Counted from the first letter of the stretch, positions 24,234-48,019 are shown. The stretch is 64,000 nucleotides of DNA from the human T2T-CHM13v2.0 reference genome, Homo sapiens (GCF_009914755.1 NC_060925.1); one strand, 5' to 3'. Notes: a model not told the origin generated them from the sequence alone. A program made the numbers and translations.

Positions 24234-25139
24234 TTAGAAGCTGACTTGCCTTAGAATTAAAGTTAACCAGCAGATTTTGTGTATTCATTCAATAATCAAG
24301 TCTAGTTAAATTGTTTGAAGCCATTTTAATGTTTAAAAAAATACTAAAAGAGGCCATTGAATAGTCATGGAAAAAGAAAGCAAATTATTGTTTTTCTTTA
24401 AGTATCAGTTCATCTGATAGATGTGGGTTACCACAAAGCATTGGTGGCTCACCAAAAATTGCCTGTTGGTAGCCTGTGTTTGCAAACTGATACCTCTCTA
24501 TTTCATGGAGTGATATCAATTAGGTTATACTTAAATACTTCAAATGCTTTTGGTTGTCTATTGGTTTGGGTTTTAAATTAGTACACGTTAATTGTTGAAT
24601 TGGGTAGCCACATTTTGTTTGTTTTATGTATATTTAAACAATGTGACCAAAAATACTTTTTCCATTTGCGGCAGCAATGTGAATAATGGAACATTGTGAC
24701 CTTCTAGATTCTGTTAGTATTACAGAATAATGTAATTAGGCGCTATGTGGAACTTGAAAACATACTTAAATTTTTGTTCTGGCTGTGGTTTTATGCTTTC
24801 CTAAAATGTGGCCTGTAACAGTTTATTAGTAAATATGCTGAATTGCTTTCTTTGGCAAGTGCATTTCAGTATTGAATCCAAGTAAAAACACAAATATTTA
24901 CTTATAAAAGTCATTTGGTGTAGTAATATTTTTACTATGGCCACTGACCCACTAGTGAAATGTTAGGGCATTGCTAGATTGGATCCTGTTTATTTAAGGG
25001 CCGAGAGAAAGAGAAAGCTAACATTAATTGAATGCCTATTAATGTGCCATCATATTTGGTACACTATTATCTCTTTTTTGCTTTCCCAGCAACTCGGGAA
25101 GTTTATATTATCTCTGTTTTTCCAGCAAGAAAAGTAGCT

Positions 25140-33685
<8,546 letters not shown>

Positions 33686-34705
33686 TGAATCATAGGAATA
33701 GGCAGCAACACAATAGCTATAATGATGTATAAATAGGATATAATGAATCCCCGATTCTTATATTTAATTTCACAAGGATGAGAATCCAGTTACTGTTGGT
33801 ACAGATGAGGAAGAGCTGGAGATATTGGAGATGTTAGGGAAAAGGAGTCCATAGAAATACCCTTTTCAGCAGTTTATAGGCCTCAGCGCATTTGGATTCA
33901 TTGTATCTCCAGCCAGTGCACAGAGGGAAGGAAAGTATTTTCTGGCTTGATTTGTTGACAATTTCTCATTGATTCTAAGTAATTCAGGTTTTTGTTACCA
34001 CTCCTGTAAGTCAAACATCTATGGTTTCTGTTTCCTTGAGGGGCTGCAGAGTAACATAGTCATAAATTAACCATGGATAGTGTTAAAATCCAGAAAAACA
34101 CGTTGTTGTATGTAACAAGAGACAGTCACCTTGCTGCTCTGCTGACCTCTCCATGAGGTCTATCCCTTTGTGTAGGAAAGAGCCATGACTCAGAGTCAGA
34201 CAGCCTGGGTTTGAATTCTACTTTTTATAGGTTTTCATAAGGTTTCATCATAATATGAGGTTTTCATAATAAACTTTATAATGTGGTACACTGCCTAACG
34301 CTTTGTAGATGTTAGTACCTCCAAAGCACACCCCCCATAAATGTGATCTGTCTTTAATGTGTTTATATAAACTTGGCAATTTTGTATCTTTTTTTCTCAG
34401 CTTCCCTTTAATAATTAATCTTCAGAGCTGCTTCTCATTTTCCTACATACTGTATCCACATGTGCATTAACTAATTATATTTTGGTAAAATGTCTCCAGC
34501 TATGTTTCTTGTTTTATGCATTCTTGGGAGCTGTATGGCTGTCAGCATTCTGGAAGTTGAACTAAGTGCTGTACACACTCATTTAAAAGGACCCCTTTTT
34601 GAGTTTGGCTTTTCTTGAAGCAGAGCACACCAGTAATGACTCCACATTTACCTTTCATACCTTTGTTTCTTTCCATTGCCTGGTTTGTTTGCTTGTTCTA
34701 ATCAG

Positions 34706-34784
34706 AATCCTGGTAATTGATGTCCACCCGAGAAATCCCTGCAGATGTTCCAGCCTCTGTCTAGTCCAGATAGCCAAAGGAAGG
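34706..34784 (+). other. MICOS10: Candidate MICOS10 poison cassette exon (79 nt; exon 1 plus this exon gives ...KIESW-stop, 24 aa)
   Basis: tttgtttgcttgttctaatcag| acceptor, AGG|gtaagg donor, immediate in-frame TAA; agrees with my recollection of a short MICOS10 isoform. Confidence 0.65.
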
Positions 34785-35560
34785 GTAAGGTCTTGTAAAA
34801 TAGCCACCTTCTTAGTATGTTTCCTAAATGCTCTTTGTCAGTGTTGACTTTTGAGAAGCTGATTAATACAGACTAAATTCACCATCTCTGGGTCCTTGGT
34901 CTGGCACTTTCCTGGTTAATTCACATGAATGGCATTTACATGTGGACACCTGGGACAATCTGTCTTGTCCTCAAAGGATTAAGTAACACAGTTTGAAGCT
35001 GACTTTAAACTATTTTTTCCGTCATTAATGGGGCCCTGAGCATCTTTCATAAATCAGGAATGTGTCTTGGAAATGTAATTCTCACTAAACTCAGTTCCAA
35101 GGGTATTTTCTATAAAAGCACATTCTTGTTTGTTCTGTCATAACACATGCATTTGATGATTGTAATAGCATTGACAGAAACACGATTGAACAGGAAGCAC
35201 GGCCATTATAAATAGGTCAGTTTGATATAAATTCATGTTCAAAGCACAAATACAGCTTTATTAGACACAAGACAACTCTAGGAAAATATTGATTACATTT
35301 TAAAGCAAAATGGTCTAGTTAAGCAGCAAGTCTGAAAGGATCCTCTATTAAAAAATATATATATATGTATATATATACACATACACACACAGCAAAGCCC
35401 GATGTGTCATATAAACAATTACTGATGTCAATGAAATACAGTCAACTGTGCAAAGGGTAGGAAAAAACTGGTTCTGATTTTCAGCTGTGGCTTATCCACA
35501 GTGTGATCCTACGTAGCCAGTGAGTTGTATTTTAATAAAGGATTAGCTATTATACTACAC

Positions 35561-35890
35561 TTTTTTTTTTTTTTGGCAAGGTCTCACTCTGTTGTCCAGG
35601 CTGCAATACAGTGGTATGATCATGGCTCACTGCAGCCTCAACTCCCAGGCTAAAGTGATCCTCCCACCCAAGCCTCCTGAGTAGCTGGGAGCACAGGCAT
35701 GCACCATCATGCCTGGCTGATTTTTATTTATTTATTATTATTATTATTATTTTGTTTTGTTTTTGTTTTTGTAGAGATGCAGTCTGACTGTGTTGCCCAG
35801 GCTGGTTTCAAACTCCTAGGCTCAAGCGATCCTCCCATCTTGGCCTCCTAACGTGCTGGGATTACAGGCATGAGCTGCTGCACGCAGCCT
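35561..35890 (-). mobile_element. AluJ
   Basis: Alu consensus with J-type atcatggctcactgcagcctcaactcc. Confidence 0.85.
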
Positions 35891-38800
35891 GTATTACACC
35901 TCTGAAATCTTTTATCAGGGAGGTGGCAGAACTTACTACCACTTAGTGTATTCCATGTCAGACACTATTAGAGACTTTCCATTTTTCTAATGTAGCAACC
36001 CTGTAAGGTTGTTTTCACTCTACAGATGAGCAGGTTGAGGCTGGGTAGGGTTGACTAATTGGCCTGGGGTCAGAGAGCTGACTTGTAGGGACTGGAGCAG
36101 CGGTTTGGGCCCGGCCTGTCTTGCTGCAGCATCAGTGCTCTAACCACTCACTCAGCAGGAGAGTACATCCAGCATTTATTTAGAAATTGGATCCTTTCTT
36201 TCAGACATGTAAGAATGAAGAAGTTGTCTGGCACAAGGCTTCTAGGATCTTAAAGACTGGTAATTCCTGTAGCTTCTCATATTTGTGAACTGCCAGCTGA
36301 ATATGGTACTTAAGTTTTTGCTCATGCATCTTGATGTAAGTTATACAAAATAAAATGGAGTTACTTTGCTATTTTAACTAATCTTTTAGATGTAGATAAA
36401 ATGTAGCACTGACAACTATACCTTAGGCTTATGAATATAGGAGCCTTGTTGAAAATGTTACATGTAAGCTGGAGTGAGGTCTTAATAATTGCCATAAGTT
36501 ATTGATAGATGAAATGGGTCTATAGTCTTTTTTCCCCTATGATCTATTATAGAAATATTTCAAAGTGAATTTCTGTTTCTGTTCCTCTTCAGTGAGTTGT
36601 TCTTCCTTCATTGAAAGTCCATAGGCAATTGGAACTTTTGTGAAGTTGGTCGTACAGGAGCATATATGACTACAGCTCATTCTGTTAGGGGCTAACATCC
36701 AAAATACATTGCTGCCCAAAGACTGCAATCAGATTATATAGCCTACTTGTTAATTCCTGCTGATTATGTTTGCTTCTAATTATTTGCAGTGAGGTAAAGC
36801 TTTATGATCTGTGGCATGGTGAGAACAAAGATTTTTTTAAAAGTAAAATACAGTTGCATTGAGCAACTAGAAATTGTCCATAACTGTAATGGACAACAAC
36901 ATACATTTTCCCCCTTTTATTACCAAAAGGTGGCTTAAGGTGTACATTGCTGCACCTCCATTGGTTGTTCTCCTTTTAAATTTGTTGTAAAATCCTCTTA
37001 GGCATAAGATAAGGCCTATTATTTTATGTATCTGATCAGTATTGTATTTATAGTTCATGGGCGCAGAGTTTTCTGTTCTTTTTACTGTTAAAATATCATC
37101 CGATGAAATGTTAAGGAATTGCTCCTTCTTAGAAATGTGTGTTTATCTACTAGCCGGTTTTATGATGTTCTGTTGGGCACTAGGCATGCATTAAATTGCA
37201 TGGTTAGATTGATTCAGAGTAATTTCATTTTAGAGGAGTATGTGCCAATTCTTTTTCCTCTCCAAAAGGCATGGTTTCAGAGCATGGCCCTGTGCCTAAT
37301 GTTAATTCCATAAGGCTCCTTTGTTATGCTCCCCACCCCCTACCACACACCCGCAACTGGCCTTTGCCATGAGGAAGATGTGTACCTATAATCAGGCATT
37401 TCTTTACTTTAGGGTTATTTGTCATGTCAGACAGCATGGACTTTTGAGAACAGGCTTAAGCTAGGGAAGGCAAAGTTATATAAACTGTATTCATTGTTAA
37501 ATATTTGCTTCCAGGGAAGGTGAAAAATGCTTTGTACTTTTTCCTTTGGCTTTTTTCCCTCAAAAGAGCTTGTCATGCAACAGCAACAAAAAGTGGCCAA
37601 AGGCAGAGAAAACTCTTCTCTTTTCCATGTTGGTTTGTTTTTATTGTAAGACAAACCTTTCATGTTTTATTGTTATGAAGTTTAAACCTGGCCTAGAGGT
37701 GCCAATCTTTAGTGGAAACAGCTGCAGAGTTGGTGTCCCCCGATCAGGTGGGACTTCTTTGAAGCAACATGTTGCCTTTTAAAAGAGAATTGTGCATGTG
37801 AGAACTTGAATCTGTAAAACTCATCAGCAGTTCCACCATTGTTTATCTTTTAAGTAACTGAGATAGCTAACTTTAAGTAAAACATTGCAATTAAAAATCG
37901 TTTTCTGAATTATTTTTTTTCCAAAGAGAATAGTCTTATTACTTTTTGTCTTAAAAATACAGAAATGAGGGAAAAATCACCTTTAAGAATTGAAGATACA
38001 GCAGCCCAGTTGAACTAAGACCATAGAGCACATTCTTTGATAACTCCTTTTTGCTGGTCTGAACTGTTGATTCTTACTTCATATTTATACTTGCAGATAA
38101 ATGCCTATAATAGGAGCAAAACTGGGTGGTTGGGCATATATCTGAATTCTAGAGATTAAGATTTTCTACTTGATATTGATGGATGTGGAAGCATTGCTCA
38201 TCTTTTTGATTGAGTGGTACGGTTAGCAATGGAGTTGGCATCATTCTTGGTCTACTGCTAGGAAAAGTTGAGCATCAGAGAGCTTTTTCTCCTTGGGGGA
38301 AAATAGAAGAGACAGGCATGGAGTCAGAGGGACAAGAAAAATGCTGAAATATTTTCCTTTGGGGCTTTTGATTTCTTTGCCAAAAAATTGCCTCCAGATG
38401 GAGAAGAGCAAAAGCTCTGATTGTAAGCCATTATGTTTTTACTGGCTTATCTCCCCATTCCGTTGCCTGGTTTGGAATCTGTAAGCTAGTCCAAATCCTT
38501 TACCTCATTTTCTAGTACCAATTTACTGTCTTACTCATCTTCCAGCTGCAAGGAGTGAGGCAAGTCGCCTTAAAATTGAACCCTGTACCATTTTATAAAC
38601 CAAGCAACAGCAGAGTCTTGCCAAGGAATATCAGTATCAATGGCTTCCATGTCCCTGAGGTTCTTGAATCACACCTACCAGGTCAACTTCTTGTGTCTGT
38701 GACTTGTGCGGTAGGATTGGTCTGGGAATGAATCTAACAGGCCCTTTTGGCTTTGTGAAGACTTGTTACTACCCAGGTTGTCTAGCATTCTGAGCTGTAT

Positions 38801-39547
38801 GGGGAGCACAGTCATATTTTGGCTGTATTTCACTGGCAGTAGAAATCTTGACATTCCAATTTCCCTTGAGGGGTAGTAATTGTTTAGGGGTTGAAACTGG
38901 AGAGGAATCCAACATCTGGACATGGCGGGTACAGTAGCATTGGAGTCTGGCAGACTTGAGCCCAGATGACTGTTCCGCAACTAACTAAACAATATCCTTG
39001 GGCAAGTCATTTTCTTCATCTGGGGCTCTGGAGGGCCGTCTTTTTCCTCTGCCTAGATATTCTGGCTTGTGTGATAGCTCAGCCTTTAGGAATTGTTCTG
39101 GATTACTGCTTTTTATCTTCCTCAAAAAGTAGCCATCACTCCAAGTGCTGAGGTGACAAGGGGAGCGTCCTGTTGGCACTATCTCATGTTTTGGCTGTGG
39201 TATCCCTCTTTGAGGTGGGTAGGAGAGCCCAGGATGCTGGAGGCTCCTTGCCAGCAGTGTAGAGAGGGTCCACTCTAGAACAGTCTCCTGGCTTGTTCCC
39301 CTGCCCCACACCCCGCAACTTGTCTAGAGAGAACAGGGAGTCAAGTTTTTATTTCATGTTGGGCAGGAGAACCAAAGGCATCTGTAAAACCTCTGACAAA
39401 TAAAGACGGTTAGAAATTAGAAAATTAATTCTCTACCAAATTATGAAAAAAAATCTGTTTAATGATGTTCACATTTAAGAAATGTTAATGTTATCTTTGT
39501 GAAGTTACTGCTATGAGATTTAGCATGTTTTTTCTCCCTCTTTGTAG

Positions 39548-39595
39548 GTACTGGTTTTGGATTAGGAATTGTTTTCTCACTTACCTTCTTTAAAA
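39548..39595 (+). CDS. MICOS10: MICOS10 coding exon 2, (G)TGFGLGIVFSLTFFK(R), first glycine-rich TM segment
   Basis: Polypyrimidine tract tttttctccctctttgtag| acceptor and AAA|gtaagt donor; 48 nt, phase 1-1, in frame with exon 1. Confidence 0.96.
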
Positions 39596-40349
39596 GTAAG
39601 TGTCACTCTGTCTTTTCAACATAATGTCATAGTGTATACATATACGTAGCAGGGACACTTCCAGAGGACACATTGGAACCCATCAATTTGTGGGTTGCCA
39701 ACCCATCCATTTATGGGGTTAGGTAGCCCATTATAAAATGAATTAGATAAAGAATGTGGACTTGAAAGAGGTCAAAATGGGTTGGGCATCTCCAGCATTC
39801 CCCTGGGCACTGAGGCAGGGTGCCTGTTATCCTAAATATGATATCATTGCAAAAGCCTGTACTTGATGCCAGTGAGTCATTTGGCCAAGTCTACACGCTC
39901 AGATATTTCTAATTAATTGTGATTTTTTCTAGAGGAATTGAAAATGAGAATCCTGCTGGTAATAGAAACAAGTAGACCAGAAATACACATACTTCTTGGT
40001 CAAAAATTATCCTAAGCAAAGGGCAGGCAATATTCTTTTCATTCTGTGGAAGAACTTCTGAAGTTTGGATACCGAATAGATGCCAGAGGGATCCTTTTGA
40101 CCTCTTTCCGTGAAGAACCAGTGGGAAATACTTGACTAGAGAATCATAATTAACACATAGTGCTGATATGAAAGAATCACTTACAGAGTGGCTTAAATAA
40201 ACCCCATGACTTACTACTACAATCAAAGCATGTAAATATCGGTAAAATGCTTACATCTTTTTAGAATTCATGCATCTTACTGGCTAAGATATTAGTTAAA
40301 CTGAGCAGATGATTAGAACTGATATAGAGAAGTTAAAAGGTTTATCTAG

Positions 40350-40667
<318 letters not shown>

Positions 40668-40921
40668 CTTTACTACTTATTTTCCTCAAACTTATCAGCA
40701 TAGGCACTTAACAAGTATTTGCTAAATTAATAACTTCACTAATTTACACCTCTTTTTTGGGGCCATTGTGAAACATTGATAAAAATGTATGGTTATTATA
40801 GTCATTAGTATGATGCACGTTGAATATTTATTGAACCCTAAGTAAATGTATTTAAGAGGATGGGGAGCTTTATCTTCTCTTAATAATTCCCTATTGGGAT
40901 TTTCCCTTTTTTGCTCACTAG

Positions 40922-41031
40922 GAAGAATGTGGCCATTAGCCTTCGGTTCTGGCATGGGATTAGGAATGGCTTATTCCAACTGTCAGCATGATTTCCAGGC
41001 TCCATATCTTCTACATGGAAAATATGTCAAA
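40922..41031 (+). CDS. MICOS10: MICOS10 coding exon 3, (R)[36 protein letters not shown], second GxGxGxG TM segment
   Basis: ttttccctttttttgctcactag-type acceptor and AAA|gtatgt donor; 110 nt; MIC10-family GSGMGLG motif. Confidence 0.97.
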
Positions 41032-41449
41032 GTATGTACAGAATATATATTTCTCTTTCCTTCAGAAGAAAAAGATTTCTCCTGAGCCCTGAAGAATTCT
41101 TTAGACTGTTTGTAATGAGTAAACCATGTGTGTCATTGTGGCACCACTCTCAGATACTAATTGCTCTTTGGCCTTCAGTGATGTCATCACTGCTTTGGTG
41201 CTAAAGTCTCCCCTGTGCCTTCAGATGCGTATGTACGTTCAGATATATACTCATGTGCTAGCCGATTGGAATTAAGGAGCCTGCTTGAATGTTTATCATC
41301 AATGGTAAGGTAGATTGTGTTAACTATCTGTAAGTAGCACTTTTCATTTAAGAGCTCAGAGTGCCCTGTAAACATCTCACATATACTTAAGCTAAACCCA
41401 AAGACTTCCGGGACTCAGCCATGATTCTGCTTTTTATTAATTTGTTTCA

Positions 41450-42035
<586 letters not shown>

Positions 42036-42839
42036 TTCAGGTGGATTTTTAATGCTGCACACAAGCTGGAAACTTCTTACCCACACCTCCAAAGGGAAGA
42101 GGGCAGCAGGCTTCCTCAGGGCTTCGTGTGTAGCAGTATTTTCCTTACTTGATGATTAGTTACTGTGGGGTTTAAGTGACAGGAACATTGGAGGCTGGGT
42201 GCCCAAGGACAGAGGTGGCACTTATTTTGTATTCCCAGGGCCTGAAACAAAATAGCACTCAAATAAATGTAAAATGAATGAATGAGGTAAATTATTCTAT
42301 TAGAGGTAAGTGCCGATGGCCTCAGGCTTACTAAGGCATAACCTTTGTAGCAGCACAATTTTCAGTGAACAACTTCACATTCCCTGCATGCACAGAAGCC
42401 TCAGCTTTCCAGGTTACTCTTGGGCTAGAATCACTGTGAACGGGGCTGCAGTGGGGCTAGTGGAAAGGGCACAGAAGCCAGGAGACCTAGGTGCAAGCCT
42501 GTCACTTGCTTCCTGTGTGATCTTAAGTTGTTTCACTTCTGAGCTTCCATTTTCCTCCATAAAATGAGGGTAATAATTTCTACCTATAGTGTTGTTGTGA
42601 GATTTAGACACAAAATGTTTTTAAGCTGTGAAGTACGAAATATATAAAAACATTGGTTATTATAGATGAGGCCAGCCCAAAAAGGGTGATTGACTTGTCC
42701 ATTGTTCCACTGTAACAACAAGTAGAGTGGAAAATGTGGTACAAATGCATGTCCTAATTCTAGTCAGGAGCTGTGGCCACAAGGGCCACCAAATCCAAAG
42801 TAGCAGTATCCTGCCACGGCCCTGCACCTGCCATTTTAG

Positions 42840-43080
42840 AACCTGCTGAAACCGTCAGCTGCCTGCAGCCAGCCCATGTCTGCTGGAGAGATGGGAGTAG
42901 GGGAGCCATCTCTGCACCAAAGCAAGAGTGAGGTCATCACAGGGACCATGCAAGAAGAGGCGCAGCTGTGTGGCACTGAAGCCGGCAGCCGGCCTTTTCC
43001 ACCACTCCCTGGCTCCTCGCTTTCCTGGCATCAGAGCTGATTGTGGGGAGAACCGAAAGGAGCAGACAGAGAAGCTTCAG
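42840..43080 (+). other. Candidate alternative MICOS10 exon in intron 3 encoding a 66-aa alternative C-terminus (140-aa isoform, stop 43038-43040)
   Basis: ccattttag|AAC acceptor in phase 0 with exon 3; 198-nt open frame; possible donor CAG|gtcttt after 43080. Confidence 0.5.
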
Positions 43081-43834
43081 GTCTTTTGCTTAAAACATTT
43101 CCATTGTTCCAAACTGAGTTGTCAGGGATAATGGCTCAGGGGTGATTATATGCATATTATGTATTTAATGGCTGGGAGTTCCTGTGGAAAATATTGTTCC
43201 ATTTTTTACATTTGTGTGTCCTGCTCCAAAATGGCCTTGTAACTTTATCTGGACTTGAGTCTGTGCCTCGATGTTGTCATCCTCCATTCCCTGAAAAATG
43301 GAGCAAAATCCCAACCTGGGCTTATTCAGTGTAGTCCTATTGTAATAACTGCCTCCTGAGTGCCCAATCTGCCCCCAGGACCATCCTGGGTGCTTTATCT
43401 TTAATAATCTTTCCCTCTAGACCTGCCAGTTGATTTGTGAGAGATGTTACTATCCTCATTCAGCTGATGAGAAAGCAGACTCTTACCGGGGTTGAGAAAC
43501 TTGGCAAGGCCATGTAGTTCGTAGGCTGATGAGAACCATGCTCTCCCCACTCCCCTGGGACGCCTTCGACAGGTTTTAGGAATTGTTATCCAGGTCATGA
43601 TGGTTTGGCCCTGTTCCACTCGTTTCCCACTCTTCTCCCTGGAAGATTGGGGCTGGATGGCACTCTTAGGAACCTAGGTAGGGTGTACATAGTCCTGTTG
43701 TGAGACAGTTTTAACGTAAACAGTGTGATAAGGTTTTGGCTTCTGGCCCTTTGGGTCTGACCTGATACAGCAATTAGAGAGGGTTGTCAGAATGCCGTCT
43801 GCACAGTTTTAAGCTGAATGTCCTTGCTTTACAG

Positions 43835-43849
43835 GAGCAGGAGCAGTGA
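43835..43849 (+). CDS. MICOS10: MICOS10 terminal coding exon, EQEQ-stop (78 aa total)
   Basis: tccttgctttacag|GAG CAG GAG CAG TGA; 64+48+110+15 = 237 nt = 78 aa plus stop. Confidence 0.94.
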   Translation, partial: EQEQ

Positions 43850-44054
43850 CTTCACCTGAGAACATCCCAGCGGGAGGACAAGAGAAATCATGTTTATTCC
43901 TCAGGAATACTGAAGTGCCCTGGAGTAAGCTGCCATTCTTCTGTAACAATGTTATCAGTAATGCTTTAAACTCCAGCACCTGGTTATGCATTTGAAACCA
44001 AGTCTGTTTCTTGTTTTGTATTTTCTCTCTGGAAGTTGTAAGGAGGTGGTCTTA

Positions 44055-44065
44055 AATAAATTAAA
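44055..44065 (+). terminator. Proximal polyadenylation signal (overlapping AATAAA/ATTAAA)
   Basis: cttaAATAAATTAAAc about 205 nt after the stop, with U/GU-rich sequence downstream (cctttgtttcttc). Confidence 0.8.
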
Positions 44066-45524
44066 CAAAAATAGGAAGTCCATTGCATGGCCTTTGTTTC
44101 TTCACCTTTGGTCTCTGAGCATGAGGAGGACTGTGTGTGAACTGCCAGCAGCTGTAGCCACCTGCTCACAGCCTCTCTGAGAACCCCCTGAAACCAGTTG
44201 TTGGGTATCCTTCCCATTTGCCCCCTCAGGCGTAGTTTTCAGAACTGCTTCCACCTCGTAATCAGAAGTTGAAGATTGCTGCTGCGTGGCCTGATGGAGA
44301 TGACTGATGTCTTAAGGCGCCTTTCCTTCTGTGGCACCTCTTCGTGTGTTCTCACCTGGGGACCTGGCAGGGCACATCTCCGCTGTGCCTACTGCAAGGC
44401 GGTCCCACTGCTGCTGTATTAGCAGGGGAAGAATCCTGGCTGTGTGGATGGCCCACTCCATTGAAGTCAAGTCCTGCAGCTTCATAGAGCTTGAGACAGT
44501 CCAAGCTTCAGCTCTGGAGGGCGGAGGAAAGCTCATGGCATACCCACCTGGCCGGAGGAGCCCGATTGGGGTTAATTTTATCTTCACGTAGCAGCTGAAG
44601 TTTGAGGACAAAAGGGCCACTTCTGATGCCCCTCTGAGTTTGTTCCTGTGGTTTCACTTGAACCAGGGATGCTAGATGCAAAAGTCATATTTTAGCAATT
44701 TCTTCAGACGATATACAGAACCCCAGCGCTCAGCCGTTCTTATTTCTTTTTCCTTATCGTAGAATTAAGATAGGGAGAGCCCGATCCCACTTGCCCCTGT
44801 ATCCTGTAAATGTTGATTTATCATCTACTGTAAGCGAGGCACTGTTGTAAGCAGCAGAGATAAATGGATAAATAGACACAGGCTTCTGCCTTCAAGGAGC
44901 TTAGAGTCTGATGGAAAGACAGACGTGCAAACACAACTCTGAAAGAAGTGTTTTAATGGAGAAGAGATGTGTAGGCAAAGTACACTGAGAACAAAGGAGA
45001 AGGAGCAACTATGTCTCCCTAGGATGGCCCCACAGGCGACGGAATGCCTGCGCTGGGACCCGAAGTTGACTGGGAATCCCAGACAGAAGGAGGGTAGCCT
45101 CTGTGTTTGCTCAGGATCATGTAATGCATATTATAGCTGGGAAATCGCAAGTAGTTCAGCATAGCCAGGGTGTGTAGGGGCAGGGGAAAGGCATGGAGGG
45201 GGAGGCTGGGCAATAGGGTACAACTCATGTCTGACTCCAGTTCTGGAACATTGATTAGACCTTAGTTCTTGCAAGTGCTATAGTGAGTACATTCAGGGTA
45301 GCAAATACCCTCCCTCAGCCTCCCCACTCCCTTTTCCAGAAAGGTCTGCTAGGCTCTGCCCTGCAAACTGTCCAGGCTCCTCTGCCCTCTGGGCTTGTTT
45401 TCCTCTTTATTGCTACTTGGCTGTTTTTCACTTGGTCCTCTTCATTCTATGATTAAGGCAACCCATATAATTGAAAGAAAAATAATGTGCAGCCTGTTTC
45501 ATCCCTTCCACTTGTTTTCTTACT

Positions 45525-46193
<669 letters not shown>

Positions 46194-47175
46194 CTAGACA
46201 CATTAGAAAAATAGGGAGTGGAGAGGGGCATTGGAATGAAAGTTCTCTATCTCATTAGCTGTTAGGCTTTAGGCATTTATTTGGATGGATCCCTTTGGCA
46301 CCTTGGAAGCACCACTGAAGTGCTCTGAGAAAGGGGTCAGCTGTCTGAGGGAATAGTTCTGGATAGAGGCCACAGGAAGCACTGGCCAGTTGCTTTAGTT
46401 CTAGATAGCTTTGTATTCCCGCCTTGTTGCCCTTAGCGGAGGCTGGCCCAAAGCACACTTGATCTTGTCCCCACTCCCTGCCCCCATCTCAGATCAACCT
46501 TCAGAAAGTCCCGGCTTGTTGGCAAAGGCACACATTCTGTGTTACTCTTAAGTTTCATTAGAAATTCAAGTCCTCTGGGGCCCTGTTCCCTTGTGGGCTT
46601 GTGCAACTGACTTTGTTTCTTGTCTGCCTTTCTGGAACCAAATCCAAGGAAATTCATGGGTTTGGGGAGACAGCGATGGGAACCCAGCAGGGCACAGGAT
46701 GCTAGGATAAAGCTGTGGCGCCCCAAAAGTGGCCTGCTCTGCCAACATACATAAATACATACAGTCTGAGCTTGACACTGTATAATTTGGCCCAGAACAA
46801 TATGTATTTTGAGCTCATTTAGGTGAATGACTTTGGCATTCCATGTACCCACTAGGGGAAGCTTTATCAGGCTGCATTTGCCTTATGCAGAAGTATGCCT
46901 TTGTTCTGAGAAATGGCCTCAGAACACACTGTTGAGCTGTCTCCTTTAGTGAGTGTCATCCTCTCATCCATTTCAAAAGATTGCAGATGCCGTCTTGAAG
47001 TCCTGCTTGTAAGAAATGCAGGGGTTGGGAATGGAGGAGATGACGATGTAGTTTTGCTTTTAGTTTTCCCAAACCTGTTTACATTTTTTAAAAATGTAAC
47101 CAACCCATAATTGCATTTTACTTGTCGTGGTTCGATCTGATTGTATTGTCGAAGGACTATTTTTGAACCTGTCCA

Positions 47176-47181
47176 AATAAA
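47176..47181 (+). terminator. Candidate distal polyadenylation signal of MICOS10
   Basis: AATAAA preceded by U-rich/UGUA-containing sequence. Confidence 0.55.
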
Positions 47182-47665
47182 CTCTGCAAAGTATTTCCAC
47201 AAGGATGTGACTCCATGGCGCTTGGACAGCCTTTATCCTGAATGGTACTGAGACACAAATGGTTTCCTGTTGCGTGCTTTCTAATTACCTAAATGCAAAC
47301 GGGGTGGAAGGGAGAAAGTGGAAATTCTAAGTACCAAAAGGAATGTTAAATTTAGAATAATAAGCTCATCTGGAAGCTATCACCACTTTTTTCTTAAAGT
47401 GCGCTGCAATCATCGCTTCCCCTTGGACACCAAATCATGGTATTGGGGTAAAGACAGACTTGGGCAGGAGCAGGGGAGAAGCCCCATGTCTAATGAGCGG
47501 CCTCTGTGTGGATCAAGAGTGACAACTGTTCTGCTGTCAAGTGCCCTGACAAAGAAGAACCAAGGGAGAGGCAGGGCTGTAAATGATTTGGAGTCAGGGG
47601 ACTGGATCTAAGTTCCCACTCTACCACTTATTTGCCAGGTGACCACGGGGAGTTGCCTTAACCTA

Positions 47666-47970
<305 letters not shown>

Positions 47971-47975
47971 AAAAA

Positions 47976-47976
<1 letters not shown>

Positions 47977-48019
<43 letters not shown>
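47977..48019. repeat. (CA)n microsatellite, about 21 units
   Basis: Direct read. Confidence 0.95.
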
